A stretch of 64,000 bases of DNA from Diadema antillarum (Eukaryota): the NCBI RefSeq assembly GCF_040938485.1, contig NW_027270951.1:1-64000 (forward strand). The letters run 5' to 3'. The translations under genes and the position numbers were made by a program. Under the pieces are notes generated by a model, which worked only from the letters and a program-made list of their open reading frames with translations, was not told the origin of the DNA and did no database searches. This document shows positions 12,725 to 26,483 of the stretch, piece after piece; the first letter of the stretch is position 1; every line of letters begins with the position of its first letter.

Positions 12725-12910
12725 CAGTGGACTCCCGTTATAACGAAGTCCTCGGGACCGGCAGTTTGCTTTCGTTATATCGACATTTAGTTATAACCGA
12801 ACAAATAAACACTAGAAAAAAATAGAACCGATGATTTTGCGACCTGGACTTTTATTTCGTTGTAAGCGGAATTTCGTTATAACCGCGTTCGTCATAACCG
12901 GAGTGCACTG
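12725..12910. mobile_element. Tc1/mariner (pogo/Tigger-type) MITE, 186 bp
   Basis: TA|CAGTGGACTCCCGTTATAACGAA ... TTCGTCATAACCGGAGTGCACTG|TA; TA duplication and CAGTG termini. Confidence 0.85.
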
Positions 12911-14330
12911 TAGTATTGTGGGTATCTTTGTTGCGTCTGTTTCATTTTATTTCTCGCTGGGTTCCTTGTTGTCATAATAGTATTTGAGCTCGCAGTAGAA
13001 GGAATCATCACAAAACACAAGAAGCTGGTAACTATACTTTGAACTATATATACGGCTCTTCATACAACTCCTTATGGAAATATGCACTTGAATTAGAGTG
13101 ATTATTATTTCATGATGCAGTACAATGGGGGGGGGGGTCGTAGGGTTATACTCCTTAAGTTATTCTTGTCCTAATCTTATCCTATAAATCAAATTTGTAA
13201 TTCCGAATCCTACTGTGCATTCTCTCTTCGAGAAGATTAGATAGAAATATGTATTTTATAATTTGTTAATATTATGAATATAGACGCTATATTCGCTTAT
13301 TTCATTAAAAGAACTCTATTATCAAATATGCTTCACACTAACGAATCAGATATAACAAATACAAAAAATGTGCTTTTTTAACGCTATATACCAGTACCTA
13401 TTCTACCTATTTTACCTATTCTACACAAATCAAAAGATACATCACGAAACCAGAAAATGTGGTTTCTGTTGCTTGATTGGGTCAAAACGACAACAAAACT
13501 TGTGAACAGCAAAGACTGACACCACATTTCCTTCCCGAAGAACGAATTATTAAAGCGTAGGTTTAAGATCTCACGGGCAATGCTTATCACGACTACACCT
13601 GCTAAGAACAGTTAATGTATGTTAAGGTCGGTCCCTCCAGGCTAATCTGAGTTAAAACGCATTGCCGGAGACCCTGCAAGAATTCACAAACAAGTGTCAA
13701 AATATATTCGTCGTAGTATTTTACGGACTTGGTTCTTGCTCTTGTCTGCTAATCTGGGCAGCCAAATATAGATCCACACTTTTGGGGGGAAATATATATT
13801 CATTTACAATGTTCTATTTTTTTTTTCGTTTCCTACATATACACAAGTTTCATAGACACAAACCTGTCAGCATTTTATTTGACCTTCTAACGTACATATA
13901 AAGCATAAGAAAATACTTGTACAACCAGTGAATAAATGTGTAACTAGGCATATCTGCCATACGTTAAACTGATTATCCGCCAATAGATTACTGGGATGCA
14001 TCATGGATTCAAGACACTCTTAATAATCTCTTTTTTTAATCTAAAGAAAAAGAATTATGAATCTTGATTCATCATCATCGTTCAAATTGCCCAACAGAAT
14101 GGACATTTGTGAACACTATATTGTGGCTATCGTCCCAAAGCAGTCCCTAAAACAAATTTGATCTTGCGACTCATACGAAAAAGGCGAAGTATCCTCAAAC
14201 TTGCATGTAATCCATATTCAAATAGTATGATTAGCGAAACAATCAGTGACATTTGAAAAATTAGAACAGTGCATGATGTCAGAATGATACAATGATCGTT
14301 CAGAAAATGAAGATAGAATTTCATAAAAAG

Positions 14331-14365
<35 letters not shown>

Positions 14366-14956
14366 TTATTAAATGACATCGAAAGAGTGCTTCAGCTAGT
14401 TCATCCAGAAGTCACGCTGAATAACATAATCCAATTGGCAAGTGGATATAGAAGATGCGCTTCATGTTAAATGAAAATGGGATGTTTTACTCATCTTTCT
14501 ACATTCACTGAATCCACACACATTTGGGGAACACAGTCCCCCTTCACAGTTGCCACTTAGATTCACCTTCAGCGTGCAGTTCAGAGGTGAATTTCTTCCT
14601 GATCTGGCCCCTATTTTCCAGACTGTTATAACCGACCATCCACTATTCATTTGCTTCCGACTCGCTCCCTCTACGCCAAATCAACTCATACTCTCTCTAG
14701 TCGTATTTGTCAACTAATCTGCCTAAACTCGTTCCCTTAAAAAGTGGTGATCTAAAAAATTCCCACGCAAATCAGACGAAATAAACATTACAACACACCT
14801 TTTTAGACATTGACAAAACTCGTGCTTTCTTTCTCACGATTTGGCAGTATACAAAGCTAACGATCTACAGGCTACTGCAGCGATCAAAAAGGAGAATCGG
14901 AATGTGTTCAATTCCGTTTCGTCTCCAGGTCAGCAGGGGTAAGATTGCTCTTCATT

Positions 14957-17540
14957 TTATTAGGTGATCCGAGTATCCTCTCGGATCACCTTCTGTATCT
15001 GTACGGATTCTTTGTTCTTCTTCTTCTTCTTCTTCTTCTTCTTCTTCTTCTTTCTTTATTTCTGGACAAAAGTTGTGTATCTACTTACTCAAAAAGTGCT
15101 CAGAGTATCAACTTCAAACTCATACCATATATGTATCATGTCCCAAAGACGACAAATCTAATGTATCATTGTGATCAGTCGACCGTGACGTCACTATGAC
15201 GTCATTATATGAAAACACATTCTCAATCATATCTCATTAATGGAATGGAATTTTTCAGTGAAATTTACGTCACATATATTTCAACTGATGCGCATTCTAC
15301 TCATGTTCTCAAAATTTACATTTTTTCTTGGAACGTGCGCGTACGCGCGCGTTGAAATATTTGTATGCTCAAATCGAGCTCAATTTTTTTTTGCACACGT
15401 TTTAGACCATTTGGAGCATTTTTTGAAAAATTGAAAAAATTGAACGGACGCGTACGCGCGCGCGCATATACGCACGCACAGCTCATATGTAATAGAAATT
15501 TTCACTTTTTTTACACAGATCGGATGTATGAAATGTCAAGGAATATTTCTACTAAGTTTCAAGTCAATCCGACTCAATATGACGTCATACGGGCCCATCA
15601 AAGTTGAAATTCCGCGCGCGCGTCAATGGCGATATACAGTGCAACAATGCCAAAAAACTGCCAATTTTAAATCCGATTTTACTCGTCAGGATGGACGGTG
15701 ACCCCCCATTTTCTTTACATGTTCTGAAAGCTGATGAGTTGTACATGTCATTTCATGGGTTGGCGATACTGAAAAAATGATTAAAAGATATCAAATTTCT
15801 TAATAAAATAAAAAAGTAAATTTTCAAAATGACGTCATCAAATTTCAAGTTTACTCGAGCGTATCTCACTTATCCTTAGCCAATTTTCACCCAGATTTCA
15901 GCATGTTGTAGCGTATTTAATGGTCTTTCATTCATAAAATAACAACATTTTGATTGGATGATGGCATCACCTCGTAAAAAGGGATTAAAGGTAACATTGT
16001 CAAATTTGACCAGTTTACGTGTTATCTCAATGGGAGTGCAGTTTTTCTGGAAATGAAAACTGACATGACTATCTTTATCGAGCACTAGCTCACTTATGCT
16101 TCGGTGAATTTCTCCCAGATTTTAGTATGTTGTAGCTGAGACTTTGGGCTATCGGTAATGTGCCCATTTTTTTTTCATGTGGAGTCAGCATCACGTCCAA
16201 AAACTTGGTTGAAATTAAAGCTTATCTTCGATTTATTGAAATATGTCTTTGTTTCTGCAACTTTCTTTGCAATAACTCAAGACAAACATACCCTATCACC
16301 ACCATATTTTGCACATGTTTAGTTCATGTCACGTACATTATTTCACAAAATAACAACTACTTGCTCAGACACCATCTTGGGTATGTAAATTAGGGTCAAA
16401 GGTCATACAAGTTTTATCCTGTATCTTGGTGAATACATGTTCTATCTTTACCATACTTTGCACACGTAAAGACCATGTTACAAGGATCATTTCACAAAAT
16501 AACCACTTTTTGCTCAGATACCATCTTGTCTGTGGAAAGTGGGGTCAAAGGTCATATGTACGTCTTCCTGTATCTTCGTTAAGACGTATTATCTCTATGG
16601 GAGGGAATTTTTCTAGATGTGAAAATTGACATGATTGTCTTTATCGACGACTAGCTCACTTACCCTTCGCTGAAATTCTTCCAGATTTTAGTATGTTGTA
16701 GCCAATTTAATACTCTTTAAGTTTTGTTTATCCAAGTTTTAATCGGATGATGTCTTCACCTCGTGAAAATGGATAATATTTAACCTTGTCAAATTTAACC
16801 AGTTTACGTGTTATCTTTATGGGAGGGAATTTTTCTGGAAATGAAAATTGACATGACAGTCTTTATCGAGCACTAGCTCACTTACTCTTTGGTGACTTTC
16901 TCCCAGATTTTAATATGCTGTAGCTGAGACTTTGGGCTATCGTCAATAATCGCTCCATTTTTTATACGACGCCGAGATTACGTCAAAAAACTTGGTTGAA
17001 ATCAAACTTATCTTCGATGTTTTGAGATATTTCTATCTTTCTGCAACTTTCTTTGCAATAACTCAAGAAAAACAGCCCCTATCATCCTCATATTTCGCAC
17101 ATGTTTAGTTCATGTCACGTACATTATTTCATAAAATAACAACTACTTAATCAGACACCATCTTGGGTATGTCAATTAGGGTCAAAGGTCATAAATGTTT
17201 CAACCTGTATCTTGGTGAATACATGTCCTATATTTCCCATATTTCACACACGCAAAGACCATGTTACAAGAATCATTTCACAAAATAACCTCTTTTTGCT
17301 CAGATGCCATCTTGGCTGTGCAAAGTTGGGTCAATGGTCAAATATACTTCATTTTGTATCTTCGTTATAGTGTATACCGAATTTGGTACCAAAGATGGCA
17401 GACCTGACTCTCTTTTCTAAATGAGAATCCAAATATCACACGGCCAATGTCCCCTAAACGCAGATGAAACATTTATGGTCATGCCTATTATTGGGATCAG
17501 GTTTCAAATCATTGATTTCCAAACAGATCGGATCACCTAA
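14957..17540 (-). mobile_element. Non-autonomous Helentron-associated (DINE-1/HINE-like) element, ~2.6 kb
   Basis: Hairpin AGGTGATCCGAG-TATCCT-CTCGGATCACCT at 14962-14991, then (CTT)n at ~15016-15052. A matching subterminal TCGGATCACCTA sits at 17528-17539. Same layout as the 1123-2497 element, reversed. Confidence 0.75.
15860..17370. repeat. ~790-bp diverged tandem duplication inside the Helentron-associated element
   Basis: CAGTTTACGTGTTATCT at 16011 and 16800; the following several hundred bp also align by eye. Confidence 0.85.
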
Positions 17541-18899
17541 TTTGTCAGTCTTGACAAATTCCAAGTCTAGTTCATTTTGACTTTTCAAGCTTTTCTCTTT
17601 TTTGTTGTTGTTGTTTGTTTTTATTAGTTAGTTAGAAGTATCACGTTGGAAACACCTCTTATCCTACATCCAGGCTATATGGTGTATCCAGATCACGTGG
17701 CCGCTTGCACTGTAAACAGTTGTTGTGTTGTTTAATTTGTCTGTTGTTGTTTTTTAATTAAAATTCACACTAACTTCGTCACTTGAACTCAAATGAGTTT
17801 CCTTCAGACGTTTCGTTGAGCCACGGATATGGATGTCAGAAATTAAATCAACGCGATATCTCTCGAACACCTGCGAGTAAGGCTTGGCATTGGTTTAACT
17901 TGTTTCTGTTTTTGTTTTATATTTCCCTTTTGATTCGACAGAGAAAATTTTGAAAATATCGTTCTGTCGCTATTTTTTGAAGAGCAAAGCATCGATACGG
18001 ACAGGTTTATCAATCAGTTGTTAGGAATTCACTTCGATTACACCGGAAGGACGGATCAAAGTCGACCAAGACTAGTCAACCAGTCTTTTGAACTTTATTA
18101 TGAATTATCCCCGCAATTTCACTTTCCGTGTTTTACGCAAACTTGATTTCTTAATTCACACACATCTTCTCAGAATTTCATCGACGGTTGTTTCGAACTA
18201 CACGACTCAAAACTTTCCCAGCTCAAACTACGCAATGCAGGAAAACTGTGAACCCTACGAAAATATTAAAGAACTTCATTGTCCTTTTCATGCTTTGCGA
18301 TTTCATTAAACTTCGAACACTTCATATATAAAGAAATTACGTAAACTCAGGCACTGAGTGCCATAGACAATGAATTACAAATGTGGCCCGCTCAGTAAGA
18401 ACCATTTCTTTATAATAATGGTAAATTGATATTATAAAACTTCCTTGCTCAGTATCACTGTGGAACATTACACCCGGAAGTGGCATGTTCTAATGCTTCC
18501 GGTTCAAGGCAGTGGTTGACCACCACTTTCGAAAATTGGGAAGTGGTAAGCAACATGGCCGAAGGGCATTACTTTCCACAATCTGGTTGAGACCGATAAG
18601 AAACTTTATACACGCGAAAGGAGGCGGTCACCACGCAGTCTAGGGTCCATTAGTGCTTTACTCTCACACCAATCGGGAAATGACGAGTGACAAACAAACA
18701 ACGGAAATGTAACCCGAAGACTATCGAAATCAACCCCGGGCAAACAACAGGTCATGGATGAAAAAAGCCACGAGTACTCATAATCAGCAACACAACAACT
18801 TGAATGTTGTCGCAAACAATGTGTAATATGCTCCATCGACTGCAAGCATGCACGTGGCATTTCACGCTTTATAGCGCCCGGCAGCACACTCCCTTCGAG

Positions 18900-18916
18900 C
18901 AGGGAGGTGGTCCCTG
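18900..18916. mobile_element. 17-bp palindromic insertion with near-perfect 7-bp flanking repeat
   Basis: CTTCGAG|CAGGGAGGTGGTCCCTG|CTTCGAA. Confidence 0.55.
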
Positions 18917-19633
18917 CTTCGAATAACCATGATAACTGTAATATAATTTCCAGTGGAGACACCGTGTAAAATAATAACAAGAAAATAACATGTAATATAC
19001 AAATTCTGTGCCACACACAAACCAGTCACTAAATTTGTGTATATTATGCAAATACACTAATCTGCTTCAAATCCTGAAATTTGCAAGTTTTTTTTTAAAT
19101 CTGTTAAGAGGTCCTTGAAAGCGGACTATAATGGCTTCACCACCAAAACACTTCGTGTAGCTTCATTAAAACATAAGATACTTAAAGTAAAGTGTCTTCA
19201 GCCCTCAAAACGAGGTGCACTTTTTAAGAAATTCACCCCTCACCAACCACAGCAAGTTCATTATTATAAAACCGACATTGTTTGTATTTCGTTAAATTCA
19301 TTTTAAGTGTATCTTTGGCATACGACAGCTAGAGTGTTGTGGCTCAAGTAGTAGTAGTGCCGAAAGTGGCTTGTTCAGTGACTAAACAGACACAAAAGAA
19401 AGAGCTAAAAAATCTGTGGATTGTAAGAAAATTGGCACTATAGTACGTATTTTGATAAGAATGTTGTCCAGTAAAAATAATTTTAGTTCAATTTCCTTTG
19501 AGAGCCATATCAGGGTGGTTTTACGTCAAACAACCTCGATAAAAATTAATATCAACCAAGATCTTAATATCAACCAAGATCCCCTTTTTACTTCGTCCCT
19601 CTCTATATATCTCCCTCCCTATCTCTCCCTCTC

Positions 19634-19634
19634 C

Positions 19635-19674
<40 letters not shown>

Positions 19675-19690
19675 GTCTGTCTGTCTGTCT
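19634..19690. repeat. (TCTA)n/(TCTG)n microsatellite
   Basis: Direct reading. Confidence 0.9.
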
Positions 19691-21161
19691 ATTTTTTTCT
19701 CTCCCTGGACTAGAAAGCTATTCCTTTCCTTCCGACTTGCTTCTCTATATGGTTATGGCACTTATTAACGATTATACCATCATCTGCAATCGCATTTGAT
19801 AGCCACAACTGAGACATTTTTTTTCTTTTTTTTTCTTTTAAATCAATGTTTGGCTTACATGGACATGCTAGGAAGAATCTCTACGTGCCCCCCCCCCCCA
19901 AAAAAAAAAAGTGCCCAAAAGTCCGTAATTCATACATAGTGCGCTCAATGTGTCTTCCTGTCGATTTTAGGAAACGGTTTAGAATTTGCCATGAATTATG
20001 CCTTTCTTGCTTTCGCGTTTATGCATATTATGACACGAGCAATCAAAATACGCAAAACATAAAAAACTAAGAAAACAGGAAAAAATCACAGTATGTGTAC
20101 ATAACAAAATTGGAAAGCATGAACCCTACATAAGAATACGGTCCATGATCAAAGCAGGAACGGAGTGTATATTAGGTCCTACAATCAATTTATCCGTAAT
20201 CAAGAAACATGCACGAGTTCATAACTGATCTATATATCGAACACAAAGTTAATAACACTGCTATATAAAGTGTCTTGATCTCTCATACACTGTCACCATG
20301 CTTCTGGTACTGCAAGTATATACACCTGCATTCGTTTATATGAAGATCTTCATCATCAGGCAAAACAAGACCTTCGGATGTCTACAGCATTAAAAAAAAA
20401 AGAATAGCTCACACCTCCTTTCCTGCAAATTCAAAACCATTTAGATGCACTATTGTGGGTTGAAAATGCATCAATATGTAAAGGCTCTGGATTTTGTACT
20501 GATCTGATTTTGATATGCTTGCTTTACCTCCAATCTCACTGCTGATTCTACAGACTGTCGTTCTGAGATTAAAGGAAAAATGAATAAATCGATGGTTAAT
20601 ATAGAATTAAATCATGTACATACTCGGTGTCGAATTTTGAGTGTAGGTTCAGAAACTGCCATTCGGGAGAAATGGCTACATTTTGTTATGAGTGCAGGCT
20701 ATCCCAAATTCCCTGTCGCTCCAAAGACGACAGTACTGCATGAATGATAATGCTTGGAACTTCTACCTTAAGATTAGAATAATATGCATTATGTTTTTAC
20801 AGTGCCTGCAAAAAGAAAACACAAAACAACTCGAGCCTGTCAATTAAGCCTATCCAAAACAGTTTTTACTCTCTCGGGAAATAATGCCAAATAATATCAA
20901 AGATGATATGATGAAAGATTATGCGGCGTCACTCTGCTAAAGTTTGGACGTACACAGGACAAATACTTCTACTCATGAGCTACGTCAGTTTGTTGTTTTC
21001 TTCTTTTTTTATGTAGCCCTTCAAAAGATGCAAGACCAAAAGAACGTCGCACCTTTCTAGAGAGAGAGAGAGGAAGAGAGAAGGGGGGGGGGGAGGGAGG
21101 GCAGAGGAAGAACAATACAGGTGCCGTGATCCGTTCCATTCAGATTTGTTCCCCATAGCGC

Positions 21162-21175
21162 GTTGCCATGGAAAC
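21162..21175. promoter_or_regulatory. RFX X-box-like motif
   Basis: GTTGCCATGGAAAC, one mismatch from the palindromic consensus GTTGCCATGGCAAC. Motif match only. Confidence 0.3.
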
Positions 21176-22959
21176 TATTGTTGGAAGGATGTCTCGCAGT
21201 ATGGACGTGTGGCTGGAAGATCAATCGTGCTGGTTTCTCACAGGGAAGAGACTGCTTCACCAGCTGGGATAGGTGGGCAGGGTTTTTGTTTTCTTTGTCA
21301 TGTTGCTATTGTTTATTTGATTTTTCTTTTATCTCCTTTGTCTCCTTTTGTGGAGTGAATCACTGCTAGAGTCTAGAGTACTTTCCAAGGATCACGGAAT
21401 GGTAAAAGTCCATCTAAATGAACTGTCAGTGTGAAGACTACTAATTCGAACTGCACTTCGAGAAGAAATTAGCACCATTTAAGGTCATGGAATGATAAAA
21501 TGGATTGTCAATGTACCAACCATAACGGTCGATCTGCCTTTATCAGATTAGGGGAACAAGATTACCGCCATTTAATGTCAAAGAATAAAGTTCATCAAAT
21601 GAATTGTCAGTTCACAAGCTCGTCGTCAAATACGCATTCATTTAATTCTAAACCCGGACGAAAGAATGAGAAAAACAGAAATATTCTCTTTTTTTTGTTG
21701 TAGTTGTAGTTGTAGTTGTAGTTGTTGTTATCAAATTCAATGAGAAAAGCAGTTTCCAAGCTGCTAAAATAATGAGTCAACAACAATGTGGAGAGTAAAT
21801 TAAACAAATTAAATCAGCCAGCTCAAGAGTGGTATATCAGACATTACATTTAGTCCTTCGAGAAAGCATACATCGTTGGAAGAATGAATAAACAGACATC
21901 ATTAATCTTTCTGTGCCCTCTTCATGAACATTCTTCTCCTCTTTCTCCATCTTCTCTTTCTCATCTTCCTCATAATTCATATTTGCGATAATAGTATGTA
22001 CTATGATAAGCTGCCCCACCCCTTCCCAAGAAACAATGTCAATTATAACAGTAGAGGGGTTAAACGGTTGCTGTATGATTGAATAAACGCACGAGTCGTC
22101 GCCTGAAAATGTCAGATTTCCATAACTTTCATATTTATGTTTGTTCCTTGTAGTGTGCATAACTTAGTGTTCTTTTTCAGTCAGAGAGTGATGTCTGTCG
22201 GAATAGATCCTCGCGCAAGGAGAACTAAATGACGGAAGGAAGGTGTGTGTGTGTGGGGGGGGGGGGGGGGGGCTTTTGACCCCGACTGTTTGTACAATCC
22301 TCTGGGTCATTGTGCTATGGGATTTTACTAACGTGACCCACTTTCAAAGTAGAATAAATGACAAGAAAGTAAAAGTACTTAGGCCATGTGCTACAGAGTA
22401 AAGGACTGGAAAAGGAATAAGATACAAAAAAGAACATGCCTTATATCTGTGGAACTGTGATACGGAACACACAGTGAAAACGATTTTGTACCAGATTCCA
22501 ATCACTGCGGAGAGAATTCATATAAATGTCATCATTCTGGAAGACAGTGGGTGCGAAGAGGTGACATGTTTTCCCGCCTGTTTTGAAATCTTATATGCAT
22601 CGAGATATTTATACACTTTTTTTTCGCCCTGGCAAGCGGCGTCTCAGGAGGGAATACGTACAGCGAAAAATATTTGCCCTTTCTCCCCCTTGCCTTGTTT
22701 TTGTTTGTTTTATTTTGTTCAAGGGCTGCTCTTGTTTTCGTTTTTATGTTCTTTGTATGTCTCTTTCTCTCTTTATTTTCTGTGTGTGTATGTGGAGTGT
22801 TGTAGGGGAGAGGCTGTTTTCAAAGACACATTTAGCAGACAGCTCTTGGTTGCCCTGCATCTGCTGATAGCGAATTATCAGAATGTTCGCCAATTCCCAA
22901 CGCTGTAGCCGAGAATCTGCAGCTACACTTCCTTGCAGTTTACTTCGATGGAATTTTAA

Positions 22960-23521
22960 AGGACAAGTCGACTTTCATATACATGTTGTTTTAGTGAATG
23001 CAACACTATTAGTAGAGCACATCAGTGAAAGTTTGGGGGGAAATCTGACAATCCCTTCTAAAGTTACGAATTTTTAATGTATCTGCGCACTCACTGCTGG
23101 ATGAGAAGACTACTACAGTGTATGATGTCACATGCGTACAACGATATAATGAAAATAAAAAGAGAATTTCACAAAACTTTACCTTTTGAATAAAATGCAC
23201 ATTTCTTCGACTCGTTACTGACGTATGTTAAGGGTAATATTGTTCCTCCTGCCTTCTAAAAAAGAGAAGTTGAGTATTCTTTTGTTATGCGAGAAAAGTG
23301 AAAATATGTTTAATTTTCTTTATTCTTTCTTTATATAATTGTACACATGTGATATCACAAGCTATATAGTAGTCTTCTCATCCAGCCGTGACTGAGCAGA
23401 AACTTCCAAAATTCATAACTTTTGAACGGATTGTCTGATTTTCCTCAAACTCTCACTGATGTGTTCTACTAATATTGCTGCATGCTCTCAACCAACATGT
23501 CTATGAAGGTGAACTTGTCCT
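22960..23521 (+). mobile_element. TTAA-flanked MITE (Kolobok-like), 562 bp, copy 1
   Basis: TTAA|AGGACAAG...CTTGTCCT|TTAA; aligns end to end with 31412-31973. Confidence 0.85.
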
Positions 23522-23590
23522 TTAAGTATATAGAGTCCTCTTTATAACCAGAACACGCTAAAAACACGTGGATGCTCACATTACGGCATT

Positions 23591-23830
23591 ATTTGATTTG
23601 ATTTGATTTGATTTGATTTGATTTGATTTGATTTATTGGTTTCTGTATCATCATTGTACATATACACATACATGTACAAACATAAATATCACAATATATA
23701 TAAGTATTTTCTTGTTCATTGCCTGTGTACAATGTACAGCAAAAGTACAACAAAACATACTACAATGAATAATACAGAGGGGCTACAGCATAAGCGTAGC
23801 TTGATTTGCGTGCAGCCCCCGTAGCATAAC
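23591..23830 (-). mobile_element. Probable 3' end of a non-LTR retrotransposon (CR1/L2-like)
   Basis: On the minus strand: stem-loop GGGGCTGCA...TGTAGCCCC (23779-23820), AT-rich tract, AATAAA merging into a (TCAAA)n tail. No ORF2 seen. Confidence 0.45.
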
Positions 23831-24269
23831 ATAATATATAATTTACATCGGAAGGAGAATAGGATGGAGGGATGACTTGCATAGAGATAGGATAGTTGAA
23901 AGGAGAAAAGGAAGGGAGAGGCTTGTCTGCTTTCACTAAAGGTTTATACAAAATAAAATCACCTGTATCACTGATTTAGCAAGACATGACAAAATATTTC
24001 TTCAACGAGGTACAGGTGGACAGTTGATACAGGTCATGGTCGGTTACATAATCATTATTACATAATAGATTAATTGTGTCGATATTTGTACGAAAGAATT
24101 ATGGTGATTATTTGAGTGATTCGTGGAGTGACTCCTGCGAGTAGACAACCACTGTATTAATTTCGCCCGGCAAATGGATTCACAAATTCTTCCTCTTTAT
24201 CCTTATTTCCTAATTCTTCGTCTCCTCTTAGTTGTGACTGCTTTTACTCTTCTTCTTGGATCTTCTTAG

Positions 24270-24880
24270 ATTTCATGTTCCTTTTTTCCATCTCTTCTAC
24301 TCCTTATATTTTATGTCCTTTAATGTCCTTTTCTAATCGCTCTTTAAATTCCTATATTTCATGTTCCTTTTTTCCATCTCTTCTACTCCTTGTATCTTAT
24401 GTCCTTTGATGTCCTTCTCCAATCTCTCTTTCAATCCCTATATTTCATGTCCTATTCTTGTATCTCTTCTACTACTTATATTTTATGTTCTTTCTTCCAT
24501 CTCTTCTACGTCTTGTATTTTATGTTCTTCAATCTCCTTCTCAAATCTCTCTTATACTCCTTATATTTCATGTCCTATTCTTCCATATCTTCTACTCCTT
24601 ATAATTCATGTCTTTTTCTTCTATGTCTTCTCTTCCTTATAATTCATGTCCTTTTCTTTTATATCTTCTACTCTCCCTATATTTCACGTATTTTTCTCCC
24701 ATCTCTTCTACACTTTATATTTCATGTCCCTTTCTTCTATGTCTTCTCTTCCTTATAATTCATGTCCTTTTCTTTTATATCTTCTACTCTCCCTATATTT
24801 CACGTATTTTTCTCCCATCTCTTCTACACTTTATATTTCATGTCCCTTTCTTCCATTTCTTCTACTCCCTATTTCATATC
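24270..24880. repeat. Pyrimidine-rich minisatellite (~38-48-bp monomers) with higher-order units
   Basis: Monomers anchored on TT(C/T)ATGT(C/T)C. Period 86 bp at 24272/24358/24444; period 116 bp at 24605/24721/24837. Confidence 0.85.
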
Positions 24881-24920
24881 CTATTCTTCTTTATCTCTTT
24901 CCCTGTCTGTTTGTTTCTTC

Positions 24921-25460
24921 TTGAATTGAATTGAATTGATAAGGTTTATTGTTCCTGAAATTGGCAGCCCAGAGGCTGAAATACATTCAGTTTACAGAGT
25001 ACATGTACAGTGTGTATATAGATAAAAATCACAGTGCTTCAAAAATAACATTTGAAGGTGTTTACAATAAACATATTGAGAAATTATACATAAAAATCAC
25101 ACAACTGTTAATCTAAAACAACAAAAACTTACATACATGTATACAGTACAACAACGGAGAAAAAAAAACTACTCAATACAATCACTTTCTTTTAAAACTC
25201 TGGATTATGAATATTTATAAAAACCCTTAATCTAAGCAACAACAACAAAAATACATCTGCAGGGTTGTACAAAAATGAGGAGACGTTATTGCACAGCAAT
25301 TACAAAACTTTTCACCACCCCTCCAGCTAAAATTACCAAAATATTGAAAAAAAATCAATGAAATTATTAAACACCAAAAACACCTAACATAGTATAATTC
25401 ATCAAATATTGCATTTATATTTTACTGTATTATATCATAACAGAATCTATGTAACAATTA
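24921..25460 (-). mobile_element. Possible LINE 3' UTR remnant
   Basis: Minus strand ends ...AATAAACCTTA followed by (TCAAT)n; small stem-loop CAGCC...GGCTG; AT-rich body. Far boundary approximate. Confidence 0.35.
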
Positions 25461-25829
25461 CACTTCATTTCTTTCCACATACATGTATTGCCAAAATAAA
25501 ATCATTTCTTCTCTCTTTCCCTCTTTCTCTACTTGTTCTTCTCTAATTTTTCTACCCTATCGGAGTTGCCTATCTTCATCATGTATGACTTCGTCTTCTC
25601 CTTTTCTCTTTCTCTTTTTCCATTTCATGATACCGCGTACAATTTTTTTCTTTGTTCACTTTCCTTTCTTCTCTTCGTCTTCCTTCACTTTTATATTCGC
25701 CCTTATCTTTCTCTCTGCTTATTTTCATAACGTTTGTGTTCCTTCGCCATACATTTTATCGTATTCTTCTTCTTCTCCTTCTTCATCGCCTCCTCCTCCT
25801 CCGTCATTGTCGAAATGTCTGTGAGACGT

Positions 25830-26058
25830 GGTGACATGACACTTTGCTCCTGCAACAATTGCTCCGGTCTTATCATTTGTCTCCAAGGACTTGGCATTGC
25901 TTGGGGTTAGGGTTAGGTTTGTGATAGGGTTTTAGGTTTAGTTTGATGCGAGGATTAGGATTTGGGTTGAGGGTTTTATTTTAGAATGAATCTATGTGTG
26001 CCTTAGCGTGCAGATATTTTATTGGAGCAATTGTCGCAGGAGTAAATGTCATAAAACC
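25830..26058 (+). mobile_element. MITE with ATGACATTTGCTCC-type termini and GGTTAG-like core, copy A
   Basis: GGTGACATGACACTTTGCTCCTGCAACAATTGCTCC ... GGAGCAATTGTCGCAGGAGTAAATGTCAT. Confidence 0.8.
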
Positions 26059-26259
26059 GTATGACGTAGGTCTAGCTCTTTGCCCCTCAGTATCGCCCAA
26101 AGATATTCGTGTTTCTTTCAGCCTATTATTTTGCTTTTACCGGAATTGACACCTTATACAACTAACATAATGCATCACATCATTTACTAATAGTTGAGCA
26201 GAGCAACCAATTGTAAGACTGAGCAAACATTTGACGTTCCAATACAGAGGGTAGTTTTT

Positions 26260-26483
26260 GGTTCCATGATATTTTGCTCCTGCAACAATTGCTCCCATGA
26301 AATATTTGCACGCTAGGCCAAATATAAATTCTACCCACAAACATAAATCTAAACCTAATCTTAATCCTAATCCTCACATCAAACTAAACCTAAAACCCTA
26401 TCACAACCCTAACCCTAACCCTATAATGTCGTTGGAGAAAATACGACCAGAGCAAATGTCGCAGGAGCAAATGTCATGTCACC
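26260..26483 (-). mobile_element. Same MITE family, copy B (inverted relative to A)
   Basis: Reverse complement aligns with copy A and with 62602-62819. Confidence 0.8.

Noticed and set aside
24361-24934. Several overlapping F/S/L/Y-rich ORFs (also 61076-61806)
   Set aside because: By-products of stop-poor pyrimidine repeats.
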